This document shows, in pieces, positions 30,150-41,923 of a stretch of 64,000 nt of DNA. The position numbers were made by a program, and so were the translations under genes. Positions within the stretch are counted from its first letter, which is position 1; each line of letters starts with the position of its first letter. Source of the stretch: Promethearchaeota archaeon (GTDB lineage Archaea; Asgardarchaeota; Lokiarchaeia; Sigyniarchaeales; SOKP01); NCBI GenBank assembly GCA_019058365.1, contig JAHPZE010000010.1, positions 62,761-126,760 of the forward strand, given 5' to 3'. The notes below the pieces were generated by a model, which worked only from the letters and a program-made list of their open reading frames with translations, was not told where the DNA came from and made no database searches.

Positions 30150-31621
30150 GTGAAAACAGAGCTGAAATCTGAGAATTTAATCTCAAAATGGAAGAAAGTA
30201 TTACTTATTAAACCAAATTACAAAAATAGTGATGCCTACATGTATTATATTAAGATGAACTTTCCTCCACTAAATTTAGCATACATCGCTAGTTATTTAC
30301 TAGATCTAAACATTGATGTTGAAATTCTTGATGCGAAAGTAAACAATTTTAATTGTTGGGAATTAAAGAGAAAAATTATGAAATTTAAACCAGACTTGAT
30401 TGGAATATCTGTATATCTCTCTGCAGTGATTAATGAAAGCTTTAAAATAGCTAAGATTATAAAACAAATTGATCCGAAAATAACGGTTGTATTTGGTGGT
30501 AGGCATCCTACATTTGAGTCTGAGCAAATTCTTAAAAGAAACGAAGTTGATATCATTGTAAGAGGGGAGGGAGAAATTACATTCAGAGAATTAATCACTA
30601 AAGGAAATCCTCAATGTATTGAAGGGATTTCTTATAGAGCAAATGGCATAATTGTACATAATCCAGATAGACAATTAATGAATTATTCAGACGTTAGGCT
30701 TCCTGCAAGATATCTTTTAAACGGTAATAAATATTGGATATATACAGTGAGACTAGAAACTGTTGAATCTTCAAGAGGATGCCCTACTCATGTAAATTTT
30801 GTATTACACCGAATTTTTATAAGCGTAGTTGGAGACCACGACCAGTTGAAAAAATTATTACGGAATTAAAAATGATCTCAAGAAATCGAAAAATTTCAGA
30901 TATCTTTTTTGTTGATGATAATATGACTGCTAATACAAGAAGAGTTGAACATCTATGTGAAAAAATAATCGAATGTAAAAAGAAAAATGAAATAAGAGAT
31001 TTTAAATTTTTTGCTCAAATTAGAGTAGATTCTGTGGTAAAATCTCCTCAAATGGTTAAAAAAATGGCTGAAGCCGGATTCTGGGTTGTATTGATTGGAA
31101 TTGAGAGTATATTTGAAGAAACCTTAAAAGAAGTAAGAAAAAATATGAACTTTCAGGCTGTTTTAGATGCAATTAAAATTCTACATAGAAATGACATCAT
31201 TGTTGTTGGAAATATGATCATTGGGGTAAATCTACATGAAAAAGAAGAAGATGTCAAAAAAGAAATAAAATATATGTCAAAGACAGATATCGATATATTA
31301 ACTTTTAGTATATTAACTCCTTTTCCAGGAACTATCACAATTCGGGAATTAGAAGAAAAAAAACTCATTATAAGTAAAAATTGGTCTAAATATACAATAA
31401 TTAAACCTGTAATTAAAACATACAAGTTGAGCCCTAAAAAGTTGAGTGAACTTCTTTTATATTCTTTTCAGAAAATAAAATATATCAATAATCAAAAAGG
31501 ATTGTTGTTAAGAATAATAAAGAAGCGTGGAATTCTATTTATATTAAATCCCGTTCGAATCGTATTATTACTGAAAGCTTTCATTAAGATGAGAATTTTT
31601 TTCAAAGCTCACAGAAAATAA
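30150..31621 (+). CDS. B12-binding (class B) radical SAM enzyme with a single frameshift near 30785
   Basis: PPLNLAYIAS and GEGE; SRGCP|YSCKFC CxxxCxxC is restored by adding one C in a C-run. Confidence 0.85.
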
Positions 31622-31840
31622 TGAAGGAAATACTATAAAGAAAATCGCTTTTATATTTAAAATTAGGATAAAACTCTTCATTTCTAAATTTAGTAAATAC
31701 TAAAAATAAATATACACAAGAGTCTCCATTATCTAAAAGGTGAATTCAATTTTTAAAAAAAGAGAGGAGAAAAGAAATTTGAGTTTTTAAGTTAAGATTA
31801 GGGAGAGATTAAATTCAATAGAGTCTAATAGAGAGCGAAA

Positions 31841-32236
31841 GTGTCAAAAATAGGATTAAGTTTAAGTATGATTGGTGGCATTCTGTTCTTTATTTTAACT
31901 TATTTTTTTGCTAGAGATTATTATTTCATGTGGCCGTTGGGTGGGGTTTTTGTACTAGGGTTTCTTTTTTATCTATTTATTAATGTGGGTGCTATAGTTG
32001 GAGCAATTTTAGGATTTATAGGGAAAAGAATTGGTTATTATTTATGTTTACTGATTGGAATCAGTTTTCCTCTGTTTGGGTTGTATTTATCTGGTCCATA
32101 TTTTTTTATTTATTTTTTTGAAGGTTTTATTGATACATTTTACATTTATATCCCATGGTCGATATTATTTATTGGTGGTATTACTGGTTTTATAGAATTG
32201 CGATTGGAACTTAGAAAAAATAACTTAATTCTTTGA
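31841..32236 (+). CDS. 4-TM membrane protein
   Basis: Hydrophobicity pattern. Confidence 0.55.
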   Translation: MSKIGLSLSMIGGILFFILTYFFARDYYFMWPLGGVFVLGFLFYLFINVGAIVGAILGFIGKRIGYYLCLLIGISFPLFGLYLSGPYFFIYFFEGFIDTFYIYIPWSILFIGGITGFIELRLELRKNNLIL

Positions 32237-32464
32237 AAAAAAATAATTTTGAGTTCTACTTGCTGGTCCTAGTGTTTGAATATATTTTTCCAAACAAAAT
32301 GGAAAATAATTTCTCTACAAGCAAAAAATTAGATAATTTCAATTCCATAAAAGATTCTTTAGACTCTAAAGTAATCTTACAATTCTTTTATAATAGTTTA
32401 AACCTTCTTAGATTTTTAAGAAAAATTAATGGATTAAATTAGATTTCTTTATTAAGAAAAAATA

Positions 32465-33040
32465 TTAAGAAAGAACATCATAAATTCCTTTTCGGGGTCT
32501 CGAAATTATTATCATCAATTGTAAAAGTGCTTCTAAGTATCTCTTGTCTCTTATTATCTGTGGGTCTTTATAATCTCCTTCAAGGTTTAAAATATCATTT
32601 AATTGTTTTAATGCGATGGTAATATGAGTAAAACTATATAAGTTTCTATTATATTTATGGATAAATTCTTTCAATATATTTAAAGCAAATTCTACCTTTA
32701 AAGATTCTTTTGGAGTCAAAAGCTCCATTGGGGCAATAATCTCAAAATATTTCCCCATTTTATTAATAATTTTATCATTTAGAACTTCTCTATGTTTATC
32801 TATAATATGGTGTAATTTATCGAGTCTATCAGTAAATAATCTGGAAGTTTCTCGAGTTAAATCCATAGAAATTGACATCCCTATTCTAGCTCCAGTTTTT
32901 AATTGACTTATATTCCATAACATAGTAAATAAAATATCTAAAGAATTTTCAAATTTTTCTACAATTATCTCATTTTTATGCCCATTTCTCACTTCTTTAG
33001 CGTATTTTGACCCTTTTCTTGAAGATAATTTCAAAAACAA
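32465..33040 (-). CDS. Hypothetical protein, probably 5'-truncated
   Basis: In-frame upstream hydrophobic segment separated by TAA. Confidence 0.4.
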   Translation of the reverse strand: MFLKLSSRKGSKYAKEVRNGHKNEIIVEKFENSLDILFTMLWNISQLKTGARIGMSISMDLTRETSRLFTDRLDKLHHIIDKHREVLNDKIINKMGKYFEIIAPMELLTPKESLKVEFALNILKEFIHKYNRNLYSFTHITIALKQLNDILNLEGDYKDPQIIRDKRYLEALLQLMIIISRPRKGIYDVLS

Positions 33041-33329
33041 TTGAAATAATTCCTCATCGTCAGTTATAATTTTTCCCCTTCGAGTCTTTAATTATTGAAA
33101 CTTAACAGCAATAATGGAAAAGATAATAGGTGAGATTGGGTTTTTAAGGATGGCTCACCAAATGTTTTGACAATAATTTAAGAATTTCTCATTATTATAT
33201 AATTATCTATTTTCCATTGAGTTATGTACTCAAAGAACAAAAAATAATAAATTAGGAATTACCTTTATAATTAAACTCTATTCTTAGATTTTCTGTAAAG
33301 CCACATTTTTTAAAGGATAGAAAAATTCC

Positions 33330-33784
33330 TTAAATATAAAAAGACTCAGGAGGATGTTTTTTGAGCCCTTTAGTATCTACAGAATGATTTTTAGTTATAC
33401 ATTCAATAGTTTTTTTCATATCTTTAATAAACTGATCTACTTCCATATTTATTAGACTTTTATTAGGAGGAGAAACCAATCTAGGTCCGAAATCCCCGAT
33501 GTTTAGATTTGTAATATTCACAAATTTTTTTTTAATTTTTTTCGATAATTTTTGGCAATTCTTATAATATTTCAGAGAATCTTTTAGACATTTAAAAAAA
33601 TAATTGATCCGATTATAAAATATTTCGATATGGTCTAAATCGTTAAATTCTTTGATATAAATCTTTCCAAACATAACACAGGTTCAAATTCTTCTGTTAT
33701 ATAATCTTGAAAATGAATTTTATAGTCCCCAAAATCAATATTTCTTTCATAGAAGATCAATCGCTTATGTTCCATTGGTACCAT
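33330..33784 (-). CDS. Hypothetical protein with frameshift near 33670
   Basis: MVPMEHKRL..EPVL joins FGKIYIKE by adding one T in a T-run. Confidence 0.45.
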
Positions 33785-33944
33785 AATTAACCATCCTCAA
33801 GTTAATATATTTATAAATCTTCTAAGGAACTTCGCATAGACCTATTCAATAAAGTTAAATATGATAATTTATTCGTTTTTATTGAAGAAAAAAATAAATG
33901 TAATATTTTGATTCAGGAAATTGATATAAAAAAATTAACGTGAA

Positions 33945-34535
33945 GTGAAAATTTTTATGTCAGAAGAGATAAATAATAGTTTAAATACGAAAATTGATGG
34001 GTTAAAGAGATTGTTAGAAGATGCTAATGCTATAATTGCCAATCTTGAGAAGAATTTGAAAGATAAAGAAAAAGAATTATCAGATTTATCCAAATTTACT
34101 AATGAAAAGATTTCAAGTCTATCAACTGAATTAGAAAACGGAAAAAGAAAGTTTGATAATTTAAAGAATAAAATTTCTATAGTAGAGGAAGAAAACGCTA
34201 AATTAACCTCTCAACTCGCTGAATTAAATAATTTACTTTTACAAAAAGATTCTGAGATTGAAGAACTTAACAAAACTATTTCTAAAAAAGATAAATTTAT
34301 AGAAGAACAGATTGCACATATTGAAAAACTCAAAGCTGAATTATTCGTGTTAGAACCTCCAGAAATGCTTACAGATGATATTACGACTGAAGGGCGAATA
34401 AAATGCGTGAGATGTGATGCTGTCGGTAAAGACATAAAGGTCGTAGAAGATAAATCAAAAGTCTTAAGTTATGTGGGTAATATTCCAATGTATGCCAGGA
34501 AACATGTCTGCAAAAAATGCGGATATGAATTTTAA
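33945..34535 (+). CDS. Coiled-coil protein with C-terminal zinc ribbon
   Basis: Heptad pattern; CVRC..CKKCGYEF. Confidence 0.7.
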   Translation: MKIFMSEEINNSLNTKIDGLKRLLEDANAIIANLEKNLKDKEKELSDLSKFTNEKISSLSTELENGKRKFDNLKNKISIVEEENAKLTSQLAELNNLLLQKDSEIEELNKTISKKDKFIEEQIAHIEKLKAELFVLEPPEMLTDDITTEGRIKCVRCDAVGKDIKVVEDKSKVLSYVGNIPMYARKHVCKKCGYEF

Positions 34536-35148
34536 CATACATTTGGAAAATGGAATGGAATGATTTTTATTAAATCAATTATTACATTCCAATCGGATGA
34601 TGATCAGAAAATCCTAGTTCCATTAGGAATTAATAGTATAGATGGTTACTTAATTAAACAACCAGAAATTAATCAGGCGATTTTTAGTAGTGAACGGGTG
34701 GAATTGATATATAATATTAACATCTTTGATGATTATTTTCAATTAAAAAAATTTTTCAATAAAAAATTTTTTGTTAAATCATAAAGGGAAAGAATGCGAT
34801 CTTAACTGAAGTACTAGCAGAACAAATAGATATTGATCTTGAACCTTCAAGAGTAATCATCAGAGATTTGATCACGTAAATAATTAGCACTTATCGATTA
34901 ACTGCGACATCAACTAATAGTTCCTTTAGCCAAAGTATTATATATGAACAGAAATGTTATGATATACCGTTAAGTTATAATCTTTATTAAAGATTTTTTA
35001 AAACTTTTAATTATAATTCATAGAACTTAAAGATTTTGTATATATAAAGGCAATATCCTTTAAAATAAAATTATAAAAGAGATTATTTTTATTAATTAGT
35101 ATGAAATTTTCATGAAATAATTTCATTATAATCTCTTTATAAAATTCG

Positions 35149-35811
35149 ATGGTTTTTATGGATGAAAAATTTGAAAATCAAATCGCAGAAATGATAGATA
35201 ATGCGGAGAAGATGGCCAGAGATTACGAGTTAGCCATTAAAAAAAGTAAATATGAGACTAAGTGTCCTTATCCCAAAATAATTAAAATCTATGAAGATAT
35301 AAGACAAATGCTCATTGATTGTAGTTGGAATGAGCAAGCCATGAATTTTGATGAACAAATTAAGTTTTATCGTGAAAAATTAGAGAAAGATAAAAAATTA
35401 CGCGAAATTGAAGCTCAAAAAGTTCAAAAACAGAAAGAATTTGAAGAATTTCATAAAATTAAGGAAATAGAGGCAATTAGAGCAGTAATCCTCTCTCTCA
35501 ATAAAGAGGAGGAAATTTTAGATTTTGAAGCGAAAAAGAAAGAAAAAGTTGAAGAGTCTGAAGAAATTTTTAATATGATTAGTAATGCTGAAAGAATGGC
35601 AAAAGAATATGAACAAGAAATAAAAATGAGTAGCATCATTCATCTTGATTGTCCGTACGAAAAAATAATAGAAATTTACAAAGAAGGTAGAAAAAGATTC
35701 GAAAATGCTGGTTGGAAAGAAGAATCACGTAAATTGCTAGATTCAATCAGATATTATAATGACAAACTCGAAAAAGATAAAAGATTAAGAGAAATTGAAG
35801 AGAGAAAATAA
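35149..35811 (+). CDS. Helical protein of two ~105-aa internal repeats
   Basis: MI.NAE.MA..YE..IK..CPY.KII.IY..W.E..KLEKDK.LREIE occurs twice. Confidence 0.7.
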   Translation: MVFMDEKFENQIAEMIDNAEKMARDYELAIKKSKYETKCPYPKIIKIYEDIRQMLIDCSWNEQAMNFDEQIKFYREKLEKDKKLREIEAQKVQKQKEFEEFHKIKEIEAIRAVILSLNKEEEILDFEAKKKEKVEESEEIFNMISNAERMAKEYEQEIKMSSIIHLDCPYEKIIEIYKEGRKRFENAGWKEESRKLLDSIRYYNDKLEKDKRLREIEERK

Positions 35812-36318
35812 TTAATCTCTGTTAAGATTAATTTTCAATTCATTAAAAACTAATTCTAACAAAATCTTAAAGAGTTAATGATTTTAAAAAATCAGAATTT
35901 TAATTTCATTAAATTATGTTTTTTCAATTTCAAGCTTTTCATATATAAATGCATTTAATTCTGCTTTATTTTCAGATTTAATTAAACTAATAAAATTATC
36001 CTGTTCAAAGGGAAAATTCATCTACATAATTAATATTATAAAGATTATATAGATAATTAGCATAATTTTCAACAGATTTTATTTTTTCCATATATGAATA
36101 ATATTCACTCCATATTTTCGAACCAACCTTGTGATCATCGTTCTTATTAGCTAAATTACTGAAATCTTTAAATAAACAAATAATTCATTTTTTAGACTCT
36201 GAGGAGAATCTTTTAAATACAAAATCTTCTTCTGACGTGTAGTTTTTATTTTTATATATATTATAGAATTCAGAATCAATACCAAATTAAATAAGGATAT
36301 TTATTTTGTAATTTCTTT

Positions 36319-37329
36319 TTAGAGAGAATTTAAATATTTTTTATACTTTTGGGCAAGAGCTCCTCTATAATAAGGCTTTCCACTTTCTTTTTGTTGAAAT
36401 CCTTTATGCATTTTTAATTTCCAATTTTCAAAAGCCTTAGTTATTCTTCCACCATATATAGCATTCTTCCCTGTGATTTTTTTATAAATTTTAGCTTCTA
36501 AATTTAATGATTTTAGCTTTTTAGCAGGTGACTTCTGCTTATCTACACGTTTTTTAGTAATAGGTTTTCTAACAATAGGTTTTTTAGCTTTAGACTTGTT
36601 AGGTGGAGTTTTTTTAAAGACAGGCTTTTTGATGAGATTATTTAAGTATAATTCATATTTCTGAGTAATTTTTCCCTTATAGTATGGAAAACCGCCTGTT
36701 CTCTCCCGAAATTCTTTATGAACTCTCATTTTCCATTTTTGAAAAGCTTTCGTTTCATTCCCGTTCCATATAGCATTTTTCGTAGTTATTTTCTCATAAA
36801 TTCCGACTTCTGATTTGAATGTCTCTAGTTTTTTAGGTGGTTTTGGTTTTTTTATTTTTTTGTGTGCTTGTGGTTTGAATTTATGTATAATTTCCATTAT
36901 TTCGTGACATTCAAAGACATTTCCTTTATTATCACTAAAATAGGGAAGATCAAAACTATCTAAATAAATGGCAAAATCGAAGTAATTAGTATGATCAATC
37001 TCAGGTCCCATATATTGAGCAGTTAAAACGATTACATTCTTATCTTTGGAGATATTGATTATATTTCTTTTATATTCAGAGTATTGATAAAGAGAGATTT
37101 TTTCAAAATCAGTGATGGAAGATAATAATTTAATTTGAGCTTTAGATTTAATTTGAACATCGTATTCTTCATATCTTTTATTATTAATAAAGGCATTAAG
37201 AACAATTAAGGAATATTGTTCTTCTGAATTAAGGGTCATTTCTAACAGAGCTTTTATAAACTGTTTTATATGATCCCATTCTGACGCATAAGCGATTCCA
37301 ATGATTTCCTTGGGTATACTTTCAGACAT
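36319..37329 (-). CDS. Basic protein with two ~55-aa repeats and a Lys/Pro-rich linker
   Basis: IYEKITTKNAIWNG.ETKAFQKWK and IYKKITGKNAIYGG.ITKAFENWK repeats. Confidence 0.65.
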   Translation of the reverse strand: MSESIPKEIIGIAYASEWDHIKQFIKALLEMTLNSEEQYSLIVLNAFINNKRYEEYDVQIKSKAQIKLLSSITDFEKISLYQYSEYKRNIINISKDKNVIVLTAQYMGPEIDHTNYFDFAIYLDSFDLPYFSDNKGNVFECHEIMEIIHKFKPQAHKKIKKPKPPKKLETFKSEVGIYEKITTKNAIWNGNETKAFQKWKMRVHKEFRERTGGFPYYKGKITQKYELYLNNLIKKPVFKKTPPNKSKAKKPIVRKPITKKRVDKQKSPAKKLKSLNLEAKIYKKITGKNAIYGGRITKAFENWKLKMHKGFQQKESGKPYYRGALAQKYKKYLNSL

Positions 37330-38217
37330 GGACTCTTAGCCTAAAAAATTGAAGTATTCTAAAAAATTATCAATAAAAAGCTTTTCGTATCCTTATAAAA
37401 AATAAAACTAATGTTTATTATATATTTGGATAATTCCTAAACTTTATATTGATTAAACCTTTAATAATGTTTAGCCACATACACTCTTTACTTAAGGCAA
37501 GTTTTCGTGCTAATTCTTTATTATTATTTCTTATTGTTTCTTGATACCATCTTTCAATAAAAAGAAAATCTTTTAGCTAGTCTTTGGTTATCACTTTTTT
37601 AAGTTCAGACTCTTTTCCATCAAAACAGGAAATAGGGAAAATTTTTTTGGAATAATAAAAGTTCACTCGATACAGTAGGTCATATAAGTGAGAGATTGGT
37701 TGTTGTGTTCGGTCTAAAATTAATTAAACGTAATATTAATTCTATTTATAGATGGTGGCTGAGAGAAAAAATTGACCAAAAGAATTTGATTGAACCGGAA
37801 ATTTATCTATACAACTCCAATTTGATCCTGATATCGAAAGAAATAAAATGCTTAAATGGGGCTCAAATACAATGGATATGCTTATTAATAAAATCTGGTC
37901 TAAATTAAAGCGAAAAAAAAAGAATTGAAAGAAGAAAAAAGAGACTTCAAGAATTAAAACACATACATGAAAAAAAGTTAGAAGAATAACAAAGAGAACA
38001 AGTTAAATTAGACATTGAACAACAAATTAATACTGATTTGAGTAAATTTCATTGTAAGACTGAAGAAATGTAAATCATTGAAATTATCCGTAAGCAAAAA
38101 GAAGGAGTTTGGTTAAATGTAAACTGGGATATTAATATTTTCTTAGAAGCAAAAAAAGGAACAAAATATAAAACCATTCATATAGATTATGAAAATATCA
38201 ATACAGAAGAAGGAATA

Positions 38218-38601
38218 TTGGTTATAATTAAAAAAATCGAGGGGAAAATTAACCGAATTAACGGTAAATTATTAGAGGATGCTTTTGCTGATTACTTGGA
38301 ACATCTAAAATTATTTGATAAAGTCGTGAAAAATGGCGCAAATGGAGAATTTGATGTAATTGCCTATAAAGGGAAAATTTTATTTGTATTTTCTTTAAAA
38401 AACATTAAAGTTGATAAAAGACATTATAATAAAATTCCTGTAGATAAATTTTATCCTGAATTAATTTTTGCTAGAGAACAACAAGAAAAAAATAATATGA
38501 ATGTATATTGTTATTTAGCGATAAATGATAAGCTAATAGATACCTTCTTTTTAAAACCAATTGATTTATCATTTCCATCAAACCCTATTAAAATCGTCTA
38601 A
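38218..38601 (+). CDS. PD-(D/E)xK nuclease-like domain; upstream part appears decayed
   Basis: GKLLED..FDVIAYK..FVFSLK. Confidence 0.6.
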   Translation: MVIIKKIEGKINRINGKLLEDAFADYLEHLKLFDKVVKNGANGEFDVIAYKGKILFVFSLKNIKVDKRHYNKIPVDKFYPELIFAREQQEKNNMNVYCYLAINDKLIDTFFLKPIDLSFPSNPIKIV

Positions 38602-39061
38602 TTTTTCATCGAAAATTTAAATTCAGATATATTCTTCATAACTATTTTTATTTCAAATTTTTCTTATTTAAGTCGACTTTTTTCATACACTATAAGTGAA
38701 TTTTGAATTTTTTTGATGATAAAGCCCATCCCTTCAAAGAAGGTACTCAAATTAAGATTAGAGTAGGAAGCTTCTACTCTTAGTTTTCAAAAAGTAGATA
38801 TCATAAAAATAATAATTGTATGACCATGCATTTTTTCTTTCTTGGAGAAAATTTTAGCAACTAAATATAATTCTGAAACAAAAATTATTATTCCAGGATA
38901 AAATTCATAAAAGAATAAAAGATCTAAATTTTGAATTTTGTCGGATAGCCTTTTTCAACTCTAACCTAAGAAAATGTTCTAGCTTCTTTATTTTCATAAA
39001 TAAAGATTTAATAGGTATTTTTCTCTTATATTTAATATTAGAATGAAATTTATGGATTATT

Positions 39062-39271
39062 ATGAATGAAGTAAAAACAGCTAAAGAAGCTATAAAAGTA
39101 GCTAAAGACTTTCTTGATGAAATCTTACCAATTTATCTCATTACAAAAATCATTTCTCAGAATGGATTATGGTATATTGAGATTAATGCTGCAGGAATCA
39201 AATTTTCTGTGGAAATAGATAAAAACACAGGAGAAGTTCTGGAATATTCCCAGCTTAGCAAAAAAGAATAA
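39062..39271 (+). CDS. Small PepSY-like protein
   Basis: EAIKVAKDFL..WYIEI..VEIDKNTGEVL. Confidence 0.6.
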   Translation: MNEVKTAKEAIKVAKDFLDEILPIYLITKIISQNGLWYIEINAAGIKFSVEIDKNTGEVLEYSQLSKKE

Positions 39272-39279
39272 ATGGTACT

Positions 39280-39708
39280 TTGCCAATGGAAGGACATGAA
39301 AATCTTGAGCAAATTCATAAATATGTGTCTCACTCTAAAACTTATCTTAAAAATGCCGAATTATTATCTAAAAAGAAAGAATTTCATAAAGCAGGAGAAA
39401 TGCTCTGGGGATCAATTGCATTACTTTTAAAAGCAATTGGTATAATTTATGATCATCCTACTGGTAATCATAAACAACTTATAAAACTTGCTCAGCATAT
39501 CTATATTATTACCAATGATGTAGACTTAAGAAAGGGTATTAAAGAATATGGTGAAGCTTTACATTCTAATTTTTATCAACATTTTATTGATGAAGAAAGA
39601 TTTTATGAATATAGAACACCTGTTATTGAAAGTTATAATAAACTATTTCAAATTTTAAATGATGCTCTTGGAGAAAAGTTAAGGGTTAAATCAGAATACA
39701 ATGATTAA
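39280..39708 (+). CDS. PaREP1-family HEPN-like protein
   Basis: KAGEMLWGS and LHSNFY motifs. Confidence 0.75.
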   Translation: MPMEGHENLEQIHKYVSHSKTYLKNAELLSKKKEFHKAGEMLWGSIALLLKAIGIIYDHPTGNHKQLIKLAQHIYIITNDVDLRKGIKEYGEALHSNFYQHFIDEERFYEYRTPVIESYNKLFQILNDALGEKLRVKSEYND

Positions 39709-40294
39709 CTAAATTTACTTTAACTTTCTTACTCAGACCTGAGAAAATTTTAGCAGCTAAATACTGAACTTTAAATAATCTTTAAAATGATCCTATTTTC
39801 TTGAGGAGAAATTTATCTTAAGAATCTTTTATATTTAAAGAAGCTCTAATTAATCAGACGAATAAGGTGTAAAATTCGTGTATAGCATGATACCTCACAT
39901 TAAAAAACATATGTGAGCTATCTTTTTTTAAGGAAAAAATATCTTTCAATTCATATATTAAATAAAGGTAATAATTATGAGTGAGGGTAAAGTATTATCA
40001 AAACGGCAATTACGAAATTTTGGAAATAAAAGAAACTTTTGGAAAAAGTGGATAATAAAATGGGTTTTGGTTGTAATTATAGGGACTATATTTATGGCAT
40101 TACTACTCTTGTGGATCATATCTATACTTTAGAGATTTTTAACAGCTAAATTATAGTTCTGGAACAAAATTTAAAAATACTCATAAAATTCATTTCAAAA
40201 ATAAATATATCTTTTTTGAAAATAGTAGTCCTAATATTTGGATTTTATAGCACTTTTTGAATATAACATTTATATATTTGTTTTTTTAATTAAT

Positions 40295-40668
40295 TCATAT
40301 ATCTTCTATTTCTTCAATAACTTGTTCTGCTATTATGATGCATTTATTACAAAGTGAATCATTAATTGATTTATTCACTGAGTTACCAAGATAATAATCT
40401 GCATCTCTTCTATAATCGAATAATGCTTTTAATTGGTCAGCCATATAGTTCATTCCAATCGATTTTAAGGAGTTTCTAACTTCTTTATGCTGTTTTTTTT
40501 TTCTCCAAATTTTATTCCTTTTCTTTCTAGTCTTATGCGGGTTAGTAGAAAAGCAGAATAATAGGCTCTTCCAATTGACGTCCTAAATTTTGCTTTTTCA
40601 TTTAAGTCATCAATAAGTAATAATTTCTTTGCTATATCTAAGAAATCCAAAGGATTAAAACCGTTAAT
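40295..40668 (-). CDS. HEPN protein with probable ATT start and a frameshift in an A10 run (40493-40502)
   Basis: FNPLDFL, SIGRAYYSAF; the -1 frame gives QHKEVR..YRRDADY; GGTGAT SD 6 nt before ATT. Confidence 0.7.
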
Positions 40669-40679
40669 TAAGATATCAC

Positions 40680-41243
40680 CTATGCTAAATCAAGTTTAAT
40701 ATAAAAGTCCTTGTTATATTTAATAAATTCTTTAGAGCCAAGAAAATCTTCTGATATTTGTAATCCTTCTCTAACAAGAAGAGAAAGCTTTTTCCATAAC
40801 TTTAGTTCCTTATTAAAAGGAATATAATTAAATTTTATAAGAAGTATTATATTTCTTAAATCTTCAATTTCCCAATCTTGTTGAAAACTTATTTTAACAG
40901 TAAAAGATATTTTATACTTTTCTTCAAATAGAAAAAGGTTTTTTTCTATTTCACTAATAAACCTCCGAAATGAGCCCTTTTCAAACATTGCTTCTTTTAC
41001 ATCCCTATCAAAAGAGATTAAAGAAGCAGGTTTTAAACTTGGATATTTATAATTTTCAGAAATTTCATCTGAATCTATAAATATAAGTTTTTGAGAGGAA
41101 GAATCATCATTTCTTGTTTTCGGAATATTAATTGAGCTTTTTGCTGAAATACCATAATTTTTATATAGATATGATTCATTTGAGGTTAATTCTTCAACGT
41201 TTTCATCTAAAGAAGTACCTTCATAACTTATTTCATAACTCAT
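40680..41243 (-). CDS. HEPN-partner (antitoxin-like) protein
   Basis: Immediately upstream of HEPN; C-terminal DWEIED..IILLI..ELKLW domain. Confidence 0.45.
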   Translation of the reverse strand: MSYEISYEGTSLDENVEELTSNESYLYKNYGISAKSSINIPKTRNDDSSSQKLIFIDSDEISENYKYPSLKPASLISFDRDVKEAMFEKGSFRRFISEIEKNLFLFEEKYKISFTVKISFQQDWEIEDLRNIILLIKFNYIPFNKELKLWKKLSLLVREGLQISEDFLGSKEFIKYNKDFYIKLDLA

Positions 41244-41260
41244 AATTCTGAATTGTAAAA

Positions 41261-41923
41261 TTATTTGTGTTCATCAGATTTAATTTGTTTTAAACCAAGA
41301 GGAAGAAATAATTCCCCACTTTTTAATCCAGCTACTTTATAGAAAATATACATTTCTCTCCATCTTTTTACTATTTTCCAGAGATTTTTATTAAAATCAT
41401 AAATATCAATTTTTTCTTTTTCCTTTAAGGAAATAATAAATTCAAGATAATCAGATAAATCTTTTTTTAGTTTTTCTTTATTTAATTGATTATTACTAAA
41501 ATTTTCAAAATAAAGATATTGATATAAAAAATCAAGGAATTTAATGTAAAGATAAACCATTAATTCCTTATGATTAAAATAATGATTTCGAATAACTCTT
41601 GACATAATCGTGAGAATACTTTCAAGAAAACGGTTATTAATCTTATATAAATAATCTATATTATTTTCAATATAGTTTAATAAAAAATTAAACGATTGAG
41701 AAGAAAATGGAGGATTTTTTAGATAATGCGCATCAATTTCGTCCCTTAAGAATTCATTAATATTAATATTATATTTATAGAAATCATTCCAAAGATTTTC
41801 TTCATTTTGTTCTTTTAAAAAATTTTTAACATCTGAGATCAGTCTTTCTCCAACCACTTTTGCTGAATTTATCTTTTTAGATTTATCTGGATGATTAATA
41901 ATACTAAGATAATCGTTAGCCAT
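41261..41923 (-). CDS. Hypothetical protein
   Basis: ORF in operon with the HEPN pair. Confidence 0.5.
   Translation of the reverse strand: MANDYLSIINHPDKSKKINSAKVVGERLISDVKNFLKEQNEENLWNDFYKYNININEFLRDEIDAHYLKNPPFSSQSFNFLLNYIENNIDYLYKINNRFLESILTIMSRVIRNHYFNHKELMVYLYIKFLDFLYQYLYFENFSNNQLNKEKLKKDLSDYLEFIISLKEKEKIDIYDFNKNLWKIVKRWREMYIFYKVAGLKSGELFLPLGLKQIKSDEHK

Noticed and set aside
38720-38785. AGAGTAG..CTACTCT hairpin as an IS200/IS605 end
   Set aside because: Only a vague resemblance; no tnpA/tnpB or matching partner end seen
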